DNA of 64,000 nucleotides from Psilocybe cubensis (GCA_017499595.2 CM039008.1:2604001-2668000), one strand, 5' to 3'; counted from the first letter of the stretch, positions 50,430-61,945 are shown. Program-made: numbers and translations. The notes: generated by a model from the letters alone, not told the origin.

Positions 50430-51374
50430 TTATTGATTAGCAACAGTATGGCGGAGGTTCCAAGTCGATACTCCGTAGTACGTTCCTTCAGTCTTCACCA
50501 CCACTCCCGTCGCTTTGGACTTGCTGTAAACGGTGATGGGAACATTCATCTCGGACTGCGTAACACTAGATTTCGCAGTGACAGTAGTATGCGCAGGCGC
50601 ATTAACCGGAAATCTAGCCGTGTAAGTCTTCGTCTTCGCCGTCGACGAACCCCACGTAAACGCAGATGTGCTGGTTACATCCACCCCAATCTTCCCATCC
50701 GCAATGCCCGGTACACCCGCCTCGAACGACGTCCCCACCTTGACGGAGAACCCCAGTGCGAACTGGAACGTCGACGTCTCCGTAACGCTCGTGTTGACGG
50801 ACGCTTCCAGCGTCTGCGACACGTCCGTCTTGTTCTCCAGCGTCTGTGTGGCGATCACCATGGGTGTGGAGTTCAAAATCTTGCCTTGATCAATGTGATA
50901 TTCGACATGGTCAATTTCCGTATCCTCAAAGACGAACATGAAGTATTGGTCCGGGTAATGGACGCCTCCCGTTGGGTAATTGCACACTCCTGGTTGCGCC
51001 GTATTGCGCGAGACCCAGACAGTGGAGCTAATGGGGCAATTGATGCGGAAGAGGGACGAAAAGTTTCCTGTTCCGAGTTCAAATGTGAACCAGTTATCGT
51101 CGTAGTAGCCGTCCCCAGTGATATGTCCGATACAAGGATCTGGAGACCTCCTCGAAAAAAGCACTTTCCCGGATACCTTGCCTTTTATAGCGTATTGGCC
51201 AGCACGATTGCCAGTACCATGGATAAGTTCGAAGAGCTGGTCGTCGCTATCGGTCGACATGAACCAATGCCACATTTCGGGGTCCGGTCCATTCCTAGAG
51301 TAGAGGACTTTGCCGCTCTCGTGGTTGAATAATCGAAAGTAAAATCCTGGAGGAGGTATAAACAGGTCCGGCAT
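50430..51374 (-). CDS. LSL-like hemolytic lectin: beta-trefoil lectin plus aerolysin/ETX-MTX2 pore-forming domain (314 aa, intronless CDS)
   Basis: MPDLFIPPPGFYFRL...LIHGTG..AGQYAIK.K.SGKVLFSRR..GDG.Y.DNWF...DQYF.F.FED..I...EY....G.IL.STP.V.ATQTLEN...GF...VGT.F.AGVP...SKATG....TEG...GVS.W.LRHT, collinear with Laetiporus sulphureus LSLa as I recall it. No signal peptide. Probable 5'UTR intron at about 51450-51389. Confidence 0.92.
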   Translation of the reverse strand: MPDLFIPPPGFYFRLFNHESGKVLYSRNGPDPEMWHWFMSTDSDDQLFELIHGTGNRAGQYAIKGKVSGKVLFSRRSPDPCIGHITGDGYYDDNWFTFELGTGNFSSLFRINCPISSTVWVSRNTAQPGVCNYPTGGVHYPDQYFMFVFEDTEIDHVEYHIDQGKILNSTPMVIATQTLENKTDVSQTLEASVNTSVTETSTFQFALGFSVKVGTSFEAGVPGIADGKIGVDVTSTSAFTWGSSTAKTKTYTARFPVNAPAHTTVTAKSSVTQSEMNVPITVYSKSKATGVVVKTEGTYYGVSTWNLRHTVANQ

Positions 51375-51915
51375 TGCAAATGTTGTCCTTTCATGATGCA
51401 CAATCAATTTTTAGATTATATATTGGCCGTTGAACGTATGATCAACTCACAAATTGACTGCAGAAAAAGGTAATTGGGTAGGTAGTTAACTTCAATAATC
51501 AAGTTTCTACATCAATGAGTCAGATACTGGTTTAAAATGTGCTCGGAGAAATCTTACAGTATGTGACAACGACCGCCGAATGGAAGAAACCCAGTGTGGT
51601 GAGTAGGACAGCTCTGGCTTGTAGCCTTGCTTATATACAATCTTCAGCATAATATATATATTATCAAGGGAACTTGACAAGTTCGATGCTTCGAGTTTGA
51701 CATGGCATATAGGATGCCTTTGACAATGTTTGACCAAGATTTTGCATTCGCCGGCTCTCCCAGCATGTTCCAGTTGAGCAGCCGGAAGGAAAGAAATGCC
51801 CGTCAAACACAGACAAAGCCCTCATGATCAATTTTTTCGTACCAGATACAACGATATCTAGTACTAGAAAAGATGTCTGGAACCGGACAAGTGGATGCTG
51901 GCAAAATCCTGTGCC

Positions 51916-51978
51916 CAACTCGACAATGCGCTGGATTCCAGCGCATTGTCGAGTTGTGCTTCCAGCGGCTGGAAGCAC
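51916..51978. repeat. Two abutting perfect inverted repeats (20-bp and 11-bp arms, 1-nt spacers)
   Basis: CAACTCGACAATGCGCTGGA-T-TCCAGCGCATTGTCGAGTTG (51916-51956) and GTGCTTCCAGC-G-GCTGGAAGCAC (51956-51978). Confidence 0.9.
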
Positions 51979-52570
51979 CGGGGTGGCCAGAAATCCTCGT
52001 CAAACATGAACAAAGTCCGCATGACTAGTGTACTTTTTCCAAACAAAAAAAGACTGTAGATGACGGTGGGATAATGAGATAACAACATGAGAATAAATGA
52101 GGTTTTTTTTTTAAAAAAAAAGGTTTCAACAACCGGATGATAACAACATTTGAATTAAACGCAGCAGTCGGAAGCCAAGCTAGAAAATCTCGTTCGTAAA
52201 GAAGCAGCAGTACTTGATAGACTATTTCTTGCCAGTGATTCATAGTACATAAGGTGCAACGCGGGATGTGTGTTATCTCTTCTAACGGAGCGTTCTGCCG
52301 ACTTCGATGAATTGAACTGAATTGATTGCGTGATCTTCAGTGATCTTTAAGTATGACGCAGACAAATCAATGCGTGATGAATGCTTAATTGACGTGTAGC
52401 CCCTAAACGCGCTTAGCGCTTATAAAGAGGACTCGGGAATTACTAGTTATTCACTTCACTTCCCTCATCCATAATATCCAAAGATTATCTGTACATATCT
52501 ATGGTAGTTACATAGATCATGCTTTATAATGAAGGGCTCCTAGCTGTTTTGTCTGTGGTCGAAGATAAAT

Positions 52571-52800
52571 GGTCCATCTGGATGGCGCACCGTCAGTTTT
52601 CGCGTCCGCGAATCGCGCTTGTAGTTGGGGAGGTACTGGTACGTTTGCAGGAATGGCATTTCGCAAAGTCTTAGTTGCTCATGAGCTTCTTGCATGTCAA
52701 ACACAATAATTGAAAAGGCTCACACCGTCCCAAATATAAAGCCTGCGAAAGGCCCATGAAGGTCCTGCAGAACAGACCAGTTCCAATTTGAGAGGACCAT
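52571..52800 (-). pseudogene. Truncated duplicate of the first two exons of the DUF6534-like gene
   Basis: Reverse complement matches 38760-38985 (MVLSNWNWSVLQDLHGPFAGFIFGT|LCEMPFLQTYQYLPNYKRDSRTRKLT); similarity ends in the next intron. Confidence 0.8.
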
Positions 52801-53214
52801 GAAGTCAGTTCGCAACACAGTCAAATTCTAGGAAATTTGGGTGGGGATGAAGCGGAGACCCTCAACGGTTTATTATTATAAAGGAGAAAAATAAAACTCA
52901 AAGACAGAACGTACGAGGCTTGCAATGAGAGCAATCCTTTATTATTGTCTGTTAAGAATCTTCAAATTCATCAATCATTTGAACACAGACACATCTGAAA
53001 TGCGGTCTATATTCACGAGGAGTCCAACCAACGTACAATCAGATTGCGGTGGTTATTACATAGTACGAACCTGTGCGACTCCTTATGAGAGTAGCCACTA
53101 GTACCTGGCACAAGTGAGGTTCTTGCATCTTAATCAACTCGCAGAAATTTTACATCAACAGCATATTACGGCGGCGGAAATCCAGTCATCCAATATAAAG
53201 GTAAACTGCCACAT

Positions 53215-54450
53215 TTACAATGCCTCCAAGGATTCCCACTTCGGAAGCCGGAAGAAGGCCGGAAGGTTGTCCCATACCCGGCTCCGATACGCGTTTTGAA
53301 GCCTTATTATTTCTTTTGCACATTCCTCACAAGGCTTGACTTGATTATTGCGATTAGCTGCTTGCCCATCCGTTGAATCAAACAAACGTAGGTAATCAGC
53401 ATTACCAGGCATAAGTGCAAGACGGACGTCCGGGGTGACAGATTTGATAACGATGGCTGTAGCAGCATTTGCTCTGAAGAGATTGCACGGGTTCGAGGTT
53501 CCGTAGTAGTGCACATTCATGCTTTTGCACTTTCCACCAGCTGTGACGTCCGCGGCTAGAGCCCACGCAAGATGATTCTTGTTGATGGAAGACATGAGGT
53601 CCTCCCTTCCAAGGACCAACTTTGCAATACAGTCATATGGTAGTTCAGAATTTGGGCCCGAATGCCGTTTGATAATTTGTTCCTATAGTTGAAGATCCGA
53701 CGGTTCATATGTCGTATACTGGAGCGACGGCGATTTGGAAAGCACATACCAAACTATACTCGCTTATACAATAATAGAAGAGCATAGGCATGAACCTTTG
53801 AATTCCGAGTTCTAAGACCACAGAAAGAAGGCTGAATAAAGTATCATCCGCCTTCAGGAGAGGATGAGGGCTTGATTTGTTCTTCGTCATCTCCTGGAAT
53901 GTCGTTGGCACAATAGCTCTCAAGCGAGAAATGGCAGCTTTATAGATAATCTCTATTTGATACTTGCGTCCTAATCGAAGCATGGACGTAAGCACAGGTA
54001 GGTTGAAGTTGTCTTTGTTTTTATAGCTCCTATTCATGCGGAAAGAGGGTGAATTTGATTGAAAGATCCTCGAAAAGGGACATACGTTTCATGATCATAG
54101 ATCAGAGTGAAAACATTAACCCAATCTTCTTTTCTATCGCCATGAAATTCAACAGTGGGACATCCATCGACCATATCCTCCTGGCTGAGCGGCGGTTGCG
54201 GGAGCTTAAACATATCGCGAAATACTGGCGAGTGTCGTGCGAGTACGCCGCGATGCACCCGAAATAGAGTGCCTTCGACAAGGAGCACAACATTCCCATC
54301 GTCAAACCAGAATCTGTCCGAGTTGTTTCCCTTGTTTGAGGTATTCAATGACGTTTGGTCGTCGTCTCCTGGTTTTGAATCCATACGAGCTCGTTTTACA
54401 GCACGCCGTTCAGGTGAATCGTTCGGGGTCGATGGTTGGGCTTGCGACAT
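53215..54450 (-). CDS. BTB/POZ-domain protein, copy B (inverted paralog of 36599-37827)
   Basis: Same three-exon structure and closely similar translation (MSQAQPSTPNDSPER...RFWFDDGNVVL...RVWDNLPAFFRLPKWESLEAL*). Confidence 0.92.
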
Positions 54451-54919
54451 TATGCAAAGTTCGTCGCCGAGTTATATAGGTTATGTTTTCAGAAACACCG
54501 ATTTGTTGCGACCCTTTGCAACCGTGAAATGTTCCATGATTGCCCCTCCAACGGTTTCCAATGTGTTTCGATGAGTATCGGTACGACTTCAAAAATAAGC
54601 CTGATGATGGACTATTTCTAGCCAGTGATTCAGTGCACCATGGAATCGAAGGAACAATGCGAGCAAGGGAATAATAATTGGGTTGTCTCCCGAGAAGAGA
54701 ATTCCGCGTCAGTACCACTGGAAACTAGACCGACCTCAATGAATTGATTAAATGATTTTAGATTCGGGCATTTTGATGTTGTCATAGGCGATCGTTGAAG
54801 ATGATATCTAACATGAAGCAAAAAATGAACTGATATCTGAAAATAGATCTGGTGATACACTGGAATGGAAATCAAAAAAACAAATCAAGTCGACGGACAT
54901 ACACTTCGCGACGAATACC

Positions 54920-55964
54920 CTAACTCAACACCCACTTCCTCACGACATCCCGCCCACCAATTTCTGGATGCAATAAAACAGATGCCAGAAAGAATTGAAG
55001 GAGTTTCCTCCGAGAATCCAAAAATGCAGGTCTGAAACGCCCCAGAGCGGACTTGGGAGGAAGGGAGGGTATGAGAGGAAGTAACGATGACTATTGATAA
55101 CAATTTAAACGAAGTGGACCCCATACATGATGTTGACTCACAGGTAATGTCCTCTTTAGACTTGACCTCAGCTCCTCGAAGGCACTATATCGCTTCAGAA
55201 CGTGCATTGTCGTTCCTTCCCGCGTTGTGATTACACAGTCATAAACAACATATGCACCGCTGCCTCCTATGGTTTTGCTCGAGCCGAATTTGCCCCCGCC
55301 GTCTCCAACGGTTGACCAGCCTGCAATGCGCACATCTTGTGCGAAGAGGGGAGCGGCTCCCGCAGGGGTGTTCCCAGTGTTGTCTGCGAGGAAGATATCG
55401 GCAGAGAATATTGATTCAGGTGGTAGAGATCGCGGGCGGGGCCGACTGGAAGAAGATTGCTTCGCTGGCCTAGCTGTGCGCACAGGGGTATTCGAACGCG
55501 TGAACTGGCCAACATAAATAGATCAGGATAGAGATTAGCCACGCAACAGCGTTGCTATTACGCACATCGTCAGTTTCGTCCTCGTAGGTTCTGCTCAGCT
55601 CATCATAGAGCCTGGCCTCCTCCTCCACATCGATGCCATCCACGGTCGAAACTGAAGGAATGAGAACCAACTTGGCGGTTGTATGGGCAAATGGATGAGA
55701 GGTGGGATTCTGAGGGGCTACTGATGTGGAATCTGCATCTGGATCACGGTCACTGATACTGGATGCATTTCCCGATTGATGTACCTGGTTTTTTGTCGAT
55801 TTCGGCGAAGAAGTGGGCGTCGATGCCCTGGCTACTGTGGATGAGACTGAAACAGTAGAACTTGGTGAACGAGTCATGAGCTTTGGAGGATTCTTTAATC
55901 TCGCCTCACTGGGAGGCACATCTTGAGCATCTTCCGCGATGGTTGAGTGATAGCTTCTTTCCAT
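54920..55964 (-). CDS. PX (Phox)-domain protein, Ypt35-like, 3 exons
   Basis: DVRIAGWSTVGD...AYVVYDCVITTREGTTMHVLKRYSAFEELR...|IPSLPPKSALGRFRPAFLDSRRKLLQFFLASVLLHPEIGG..VVRKWV. Start codon uncertain. Confidence 0.85.
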
Positions 55965-56508
55965 GAATAGTGTTCCCCGGGTCGTCAAAGGAATATTAAA
56001 AGGAGTCTGGGAATGTATGATGCAATGATGCCCGTTGGAGAAAAGCGCCAACTTTTAGAGTTCAGGAGGGCATTAGAAAGAATGCAATGGGTTCAGTCGT
56101 TGTCCTCATCGACAGAACCAACTTCTGAGATGCACGTTGAAGTAAAAGGACCAGACGCCTAGACTCCACCAAATGTGAACGGGAGAAAAGCTGATTGGAT
56201 GACAAATCATGGAATGTCGCCGTTCTGTCAGTCGGGTAACTGTGCCGGACTACAGCCGGAGAGCCAAATTTGCCGTGGGGAAGGCTCAGAAGTTGGTACG
56301 AAATCCGAACCTGACGGTTAACTTGCTACCAAAACGGCACCAAAGCGGTAAGCATATTGCACCTTATCACATTATGTTCAAATGGATATGCACACAATCT
56401 TCCTTCCCAAGGAAAGCACGGGCGTCATGGAATGCCTTTTAGAACCGGTGGGGTTCTCGTTCCTATCACCCTGACTCCAACAACATCCACGACCACGACA
56501 CTCGAGAC

Positions 56509-58110
56509 ATGTTATGTTCTGCGTTAGCATTTGTCTCCAGGAGCTTGCAGAGACCAAAAGATGCGTTAACCGAGACCCAGGGTAAGGAACCGAGGTCGGC
56601 ACCCATATTCAAACTCAACGCGGATCTTCTGCACCTCATATTTCGAATGTGCACCGACCTTGACGAAGGGGCGGGCGAAAATGCATTGGGGGGCTCGAAG
56701 GAGTACAGGGCCATGGTCACAGTGCGGCACTGTTCCCAAGTCTGTCGTTTTTGGCGACATTCAATTCTATCAGCACCATCGATCTGGGGGAGAATTCTCG
56801 ATCTTCAGCAACTCGATCAAGAAAACGACCTTTGGCGAGAGGAGGTTATCCGAAGAACAGGCGACGCGTTTTTGCACATCACAGGAATCGTTCGTGGCTT
56901 CAACCATATATCGAAGCAATTTTTCTACAACCTCATCATCAACCACTGGGGTCGTGTACGCGTTATGGACGTCGATGTATACCACCCTCATGTCTTCAAG
57001 CCAGAGACCTGGAATTTCTTGATCCGACCATCGCCATTCCTCCAATCATTAAAACTTCGCTTTCACCCACGAACCATTTCTCCCACATCTATTTTGCCCC
57101 ATGGTTCTATATTTGCCAATGATGCACCTTCTTTGCGCCAGTTCTGCGTCGAACAATTATTGTTCGATACCCGGATTAGTTGGTTTAGTCAACTTCGGCG
57201 TTTTGGCATCTTCCCGTCGCCGAGACAGCCTGTTACCGTCTGCGAAATATTCGAAATGCTCGCGCAGATGCCCCTCTTGGAGTCTTTGACGATAGGAGAC
57301 GTACGCAATGATGTTGCATCTGGGGAGCTCAATTTTGAGCACAGCTCCATTGAGCTACCGAGCCTTCAAGAAATCGTTTTTACGGACGTTGAAATGAAAG
57401 TGTGCACAGACATTTTGCAGAGGATATCACCGGCTCCAACGTGTGCACTCGACATTTTCTGCAAACAAAGGATGCAGCACGGGGTTGGCTCTTCCAATAA
57501 CACGGAGGACAATTTAGGCAGAGCTATTTTTATACGCTATTTTAAGGCGTTCTTCGACAACCACCTGATATCCACCTTGACCCTAAGGCAATGGAACGGA
57601 GTCTACACGCTTGAAAGTGATGTTCCCAAACCTAAATTCCAGAAGGCATCAGTTCTACATCATCGCCGGTTTAGGGTTTCTATTGATCACCACAATCCAT
57701 CCATTGTATTCGACATATTTGGCGCCTGCCAATATCGGAACGCGAAAACTCTGAAGGTGATACTGGACGTTACAAAGCCCAGCCCAATTCACGCACCTTA
57801 CATGGCACAATTCATCAAATCCCTTGGCCATGTTGAAACAGTGGTCGTCAATAGACCCGCTCTTCGATTCCTCCAAGACATTTCGAAGGATATTTCTGTG
57901 ATATTCCCTTCGATGCGGACATTCGATGTGCAAAGAACACCGTTGTCCATGCTTCCATACGTCACAGATTTTCAAAGTGACTCTGATGGCCTTGCTGTAA
58001 GTGAGGCTCTTCCACATGACTATGTAAGACTATTGAACGACAAGCGTTCTGGGTTCGTCCTAGGCGTTGTGATTTTTGTTATTTGTTCCATTTTAAGTTA
58101 TAGCCTCTGA
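56509..58110 (+). CDS. F-box-like / RNI-like hypothetical protein (533-aa ORF)
   Basis: PIFKLNADLLHLIF...SQVCRFWRHSILSAPSIWG; APSLRQF; LAQMPLLESLTI; ELPSLQEI; IFPSMRTF. Confidence 0.8.
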   Translation: MLCSALAFVSRSLQRPKDALTETQGKEPRSAPIFKLNADLLHLIFRMCTDLDEGAGENALGGSKEYRAMVTVRHCSQVCRFWRHSILSAPSIWGRILDLQQLDQENDLWREEVIRRTGDAFLHITGIVRGFNHISKQFFYNLIINHWGRVRVMDVDVYHPHVFKPETWNFLIRPSPFLQSLKLRFHPRTISPTSILPHGSIFANDAPSLRQFCVEQLLFDTRISWFSQLRRFGIFPSPRQPVTVCEIFEMLAQMPLLESLTIGDVRNDVASGELNFEHSSIELPSLQEIVFTDVEMKVCTDILQRISPAPTCALDIFCKQRMQHGVGSSNNTEDNLGRAIFIRYFKAFFDNHLISTLTLRQWNGVYTLESDVPKPKFQKASVLHHRRFRVSIDHHNPSIVFDIFGACQYRNAKTLKVILDVTKPSPIHAPYMAQFIKSLGHVETVVVNRPALRFLQDISKDISVIFPSMRTFDVQRTPLSMLPYVTDFQSDSDGLAVSEALPHDYVRLLNDKRSGFVLGVVIFVICSILSYSL

Positions 58111-58763
58111 GGGGTGGGCCCCTCCCTCGGCTTTACGTATACTATCTGTATACCTACACGCCTCTGTAGCGTTATACATTCCTTGATCCTCTCATGCTCC
58201 TCGGAACGTCCTTATGTCCCCTCTCTAGGTCCAGTCTCTCCTAGACTGTTTAGAGTGACATGGGTGTCATGATACTACTGTGGTTTATACAAATAGCTAT
58301 ATTTGAGAAGCACCTATTTACCCAGTTTAATGATTCTGCTCTGTCCTATTAAAGGCATTTGTTTTCTGTCAGTTACTTCACCGTGAACTTTTACTCTGCT
58401 AATTCTTTCCTGCAAGTAAGCTTTCAATTAAGTTTATAAGTCAAGAAATCTTAGAGCAATTTTTAGATGTCTGAATCTAAGCACCAGACTGAGTCTTTCT
58501 ATTTGATAGCAAGACCTTTGCCAACTGACTCGGCGATTGTATAAGTAAATCTGGCATATCGTCTAAATTCATCTGCATATAGGCAATACATTCTTTCAAC
58601 ACCACTATCGAACGGGCATGCGATCCGTCTCATGGTTTAACACCGCTGCATAGCCCCTGATTGGTGGTACATTGACATTCGAATAAATCATAGCGTGTAC
58701 ATCTATTACAAATCCAAATTGAATGTAGTATAGTTATACTATCTTCCCAACTATCTGGGTGTT

Positions 58764-60374
58764 TCAAATAGCCATGGTCGTATTAGTACCATTAGAGTAG
58801 GTCTGCACATTGATCTCCCTAGCATTGGAACCAGTAGCAGGTGCAAACCACCACAAGGTTGTAACCCCAACGGGGAACGTGTACGTTGCTTGCATTCCCC
58901 TAAATTCGATTGTTGTCTTCACGGGTTGAGGATTCCATGACGAGGAAGCGTTGTCGTTCCCTAGATTGAAGATAATGACTACGTTTGCTACTTCCGAAAA
59001 AAAATATAACGTACAGTTCAGAACAACGATGGAATATCTTAGCCAATCACTTGATGAAACCCGCCCTGTGACATAGGCGCCTACTCTGAGCGCCCAGTTC
59101 AGCGACCCGCCGACGCTGACACCGATTCGCTGGCCAAATGGCCCTCCAGGATCCTTCGGTATAATTGCCTTTGATGCCTGGGCCATCGAATAGACTGTAG
59201 TTGAAGAAGCAATCAGTTAAGGATTCTGTGAGAATGTTGATTGAGGATCTGGCGCACGTACATTCTTGATTAAAGGAGTAGCTTCCGTCGCTGTTAACGG
59301 TAACGATTGCCCGGCAGCCTGGCCCACCACAGCTATTGGTACCTGGTGTTTTGGGATTCCCGTTTCCGTCAAGGGCGATATTCCACATGAGGCCCTGCAA
59401 CGAGAATCTTTTGGTAAAATGAAATAAATGGAGCTGATTCGATGGGCCCTCACTGAGCGAGCGTTATGCTCTAAACTTCCGACCCATCTTTGAAAAACGT
59501 CGCATTATTGGTATGTGTGTTGGCTATAACAACATCACGCATCGGACGTACAGGTTATCTATGTACCACTGTGTCACAGTAGGGTATATTAGCTGAAGGA
59601 TCAATAGACCGCAAAGAAGTTGACTGACCTTGATATCACTCCACCAATCGGAGCCGATGGTTCCTGAGCACTCAGTAAAATATATTTCCTACGGTTGGAT
59701 GAGGCATTGGGTAATCGAAGCTGATGAATGTCGTAGAATTTACCTTAGATGGGTAAGCGTTGTGTAACTGATCCTGATTCCCAACTGATCCTGCGTAACA
59801 ATGGAATGCCGCTCCCGAGAAAGCACTACCATATGAGCTCATCTGTCGTTCATTATGGTAAAAAACTGTAATGTACATAATTGCACAGTAGCTTACCAAC
59901 TGTACAGGATAAGTACCAGCATTGTCCCAGTTGTGCTAAAGTGTTGTATCAGCCTTCAGGGACAAACCTACAGATAATGATGGAAGAGTGATTTACCTCG
60001 TAACCGACGATTTTTACACTTGACAGCGAATTATTGTTTAGAAGTGATCTCAATGTGGTTCCAATTTGTCCTTCGATGTCGACACTCATAGTACATGTTG
60101 GGTACGTGGGATTACTGTTCTGCGGTTCATTCTGCGTTTGTTGGATGTTAAAGCCTAGTTAATTAGAACGGCTAATATAAATTTTTACCTGGATGGATAT
60201 CGCATAAACCGAGAATCCTTGGCTCTGGAATCCTTGAACAGCTTTGAGCAAGTAGGTAGCATCTAGAGAAGGTTTGTTAGTTGCACGGCACTGTATTATT
60301 AAACCTTTGATACATACACGGAGTCACGTATTGCGACAGTAGAGATCCTCCATTCATTGTACCGGTGTCCTTCA
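58764..60374 (-). pseudogene. GH30 (subfamily 3-like) endo-beta-1,6-glucanase, 3' portion; cut at 60374 by a transposon end
   Basis: (M)KDTGTMNGGSL...AISIQ|NEPQ (acid/base), HNWD, AAFHCYAG, IYFTECSG (nucleophile), LMWNIALD..GNP. The exon stops within the Met codon of the expected WMKD, where CACTGCGGG begins; no N-terminal exons in the window. Confidence 0.85.
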
Positions 60375-60393
60375 CACTGCGGGCTCCGATACA

Positions 60394-60780
60394 TGTTTGA
60401 TGTCAAACATCGTCAATCAAACACATATTATGTAAGAAGACGATGTTTGATGTCAAACATAAGTTGTGTTTGCTGACAAACAAGCATCAAACATAAGTTA
60501 TGTTTGATAGGCATGTGATATCAAACACAACGTATGTTTGACGCCTGTTTGTCAAAGAACACGGGCTTGACAGAAAATCTGTCAAGTTCGCTGTAAGATA
60601 ACAAACGTACATTGTGTTTGATAAATAGTGTTTGATTCCAAATATAACTCCTGTTTGATAATTTGTGCATGAAATCATCCGTATATTCTGTATGTTATCG
60701 ACCATAAACATCAAACATAAGTTGTGTAAGAAATCAAACATAATATCTGTTTGAAATCAAACAGATTGTCAAACAGACAT
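60394..60780. repeat. Array of inverted and direct TGTTTGA / TCAAACA subterminal repeats
   Basis: ATGTTTGATGTCAAACAT twice (about 60393 and 60443) and many further TGTTTG(A) and (T)CAAACA copies. Confidence 0.85.
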
Positions 60781-61401
60781 CGACACGCTCATCGTGCCGC
60801 TCAGCGCGCGCCTCCTCGCGCGATCAGCGCGCGCTTGACGCGCGATCGGCGCGCGTTGAGCGACACGCCCAGCGATTTTACGGCTATTTTGGCGTCTCGG
60901 TGATAAGCGACACACCTCACCAACGCTACTTAGGCGCTTGTGTATTCAGCGACGAGAACACGCTCTTCATTCAATAACGCTGTATCAGTGACGCATGTTT
61001 ATTCAGCGAGAAAAAACGTATTTTCGAGTGAAATATATGTATTTTTGGGGCTCGGGTGTGTCCTACTACCATACACATAAATTGACAAATGCTACACAGT
61101 CAAAGCTGCTTTTCTCCCTTCTTATTTCTAGAACCTGAGTCTCTATTTCACTGTAGTAGCAATGTATATACTCACATCAATGTATTTTATTCGTTTGCCA
61201 TCGTTTGCCATTGCCTTCTATGAATTGATGTCTCTCAGAACAACTTTCTCGCAGTCTCTTATCACTCACCACACTCCCACTCACTCACCACACTCACTCA
61301 CACTCACTCACCACACTCACCACACTCGCTCTCACTCGCTCAAACACATTCATTCATCGTCCTCGCTCATCACGCCCTCTATCAACATCGATATTTGTAC
61401 C

Positions 61402-61945
61402 ATGTCCACAATAGTCTCCAACATCTTTTCCACCATCGTTTCCTTCGTCAACGGCATCAAATACGGATTCGCGTCGGGATGCGAGATCGTGGAGTGGTTA
61501 TGCACGTACGGAGGGCCCGCCTTCGGGGCGATAGCTCGCTACATCAACAAAAATAGCGAAGCGCCAGTTGTTCTGCGAAATCGTAGCGGTATGCCAGTGA
61601 GTATTTGTAGCTTTGAACAGCGTCTTACCGCTCCTTTCAGGAGGAAAGTTGATCAGCGACATGGAGGCTCAACACTCACCAGCCAACGACGCCGATTTCG
61701 AGGAACTCATCCGCGTTCGCCAGGAGATTAAAACCCTGAAAAAAATTCTCGACAATCGAAGCGCACGTACTCGGCCTGGTACATCGGAAGCGCACGAAAT
61801 TCAGCTCGACCGCTTCGAACTTGAGCGCAAGAAAGTTCTCAACGATATCGCGATCGAGGCCCAAATACGTGCCACCTACCCTGCGCGAGCCCTGTATCTC
61901 GCAATGTGCGAGACATACGATGTCGCTCCTGTCCGCACCGACTAG
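61402..61945 (+). CDS. Small two-exon hypothetical protein with a predicted coiled coil, inside the putative element
   Basis: MSTIVSNIFS...LRNRS|GGKLISDME...EELIRVRQEIKTLKKIL...LERKKVL...PVRTD*, using a GTATGC donor and TTCAG acceptor; CA-rich leader. Confidence 0.5.

Noticed and set aside
50367-51332. 321-aa Arg-rich plus-strand ORF
   Set aside because: Antisense shadow of the LSL-like gene; no recognisable motifs.
60394-60780. Repeat array resembling a CRISPR or iteron array
   Set aside because: Eukaryotic context, short motifs in both orientations with irregular spacing and no cas genes; better explained as transposon subterminal repeats.
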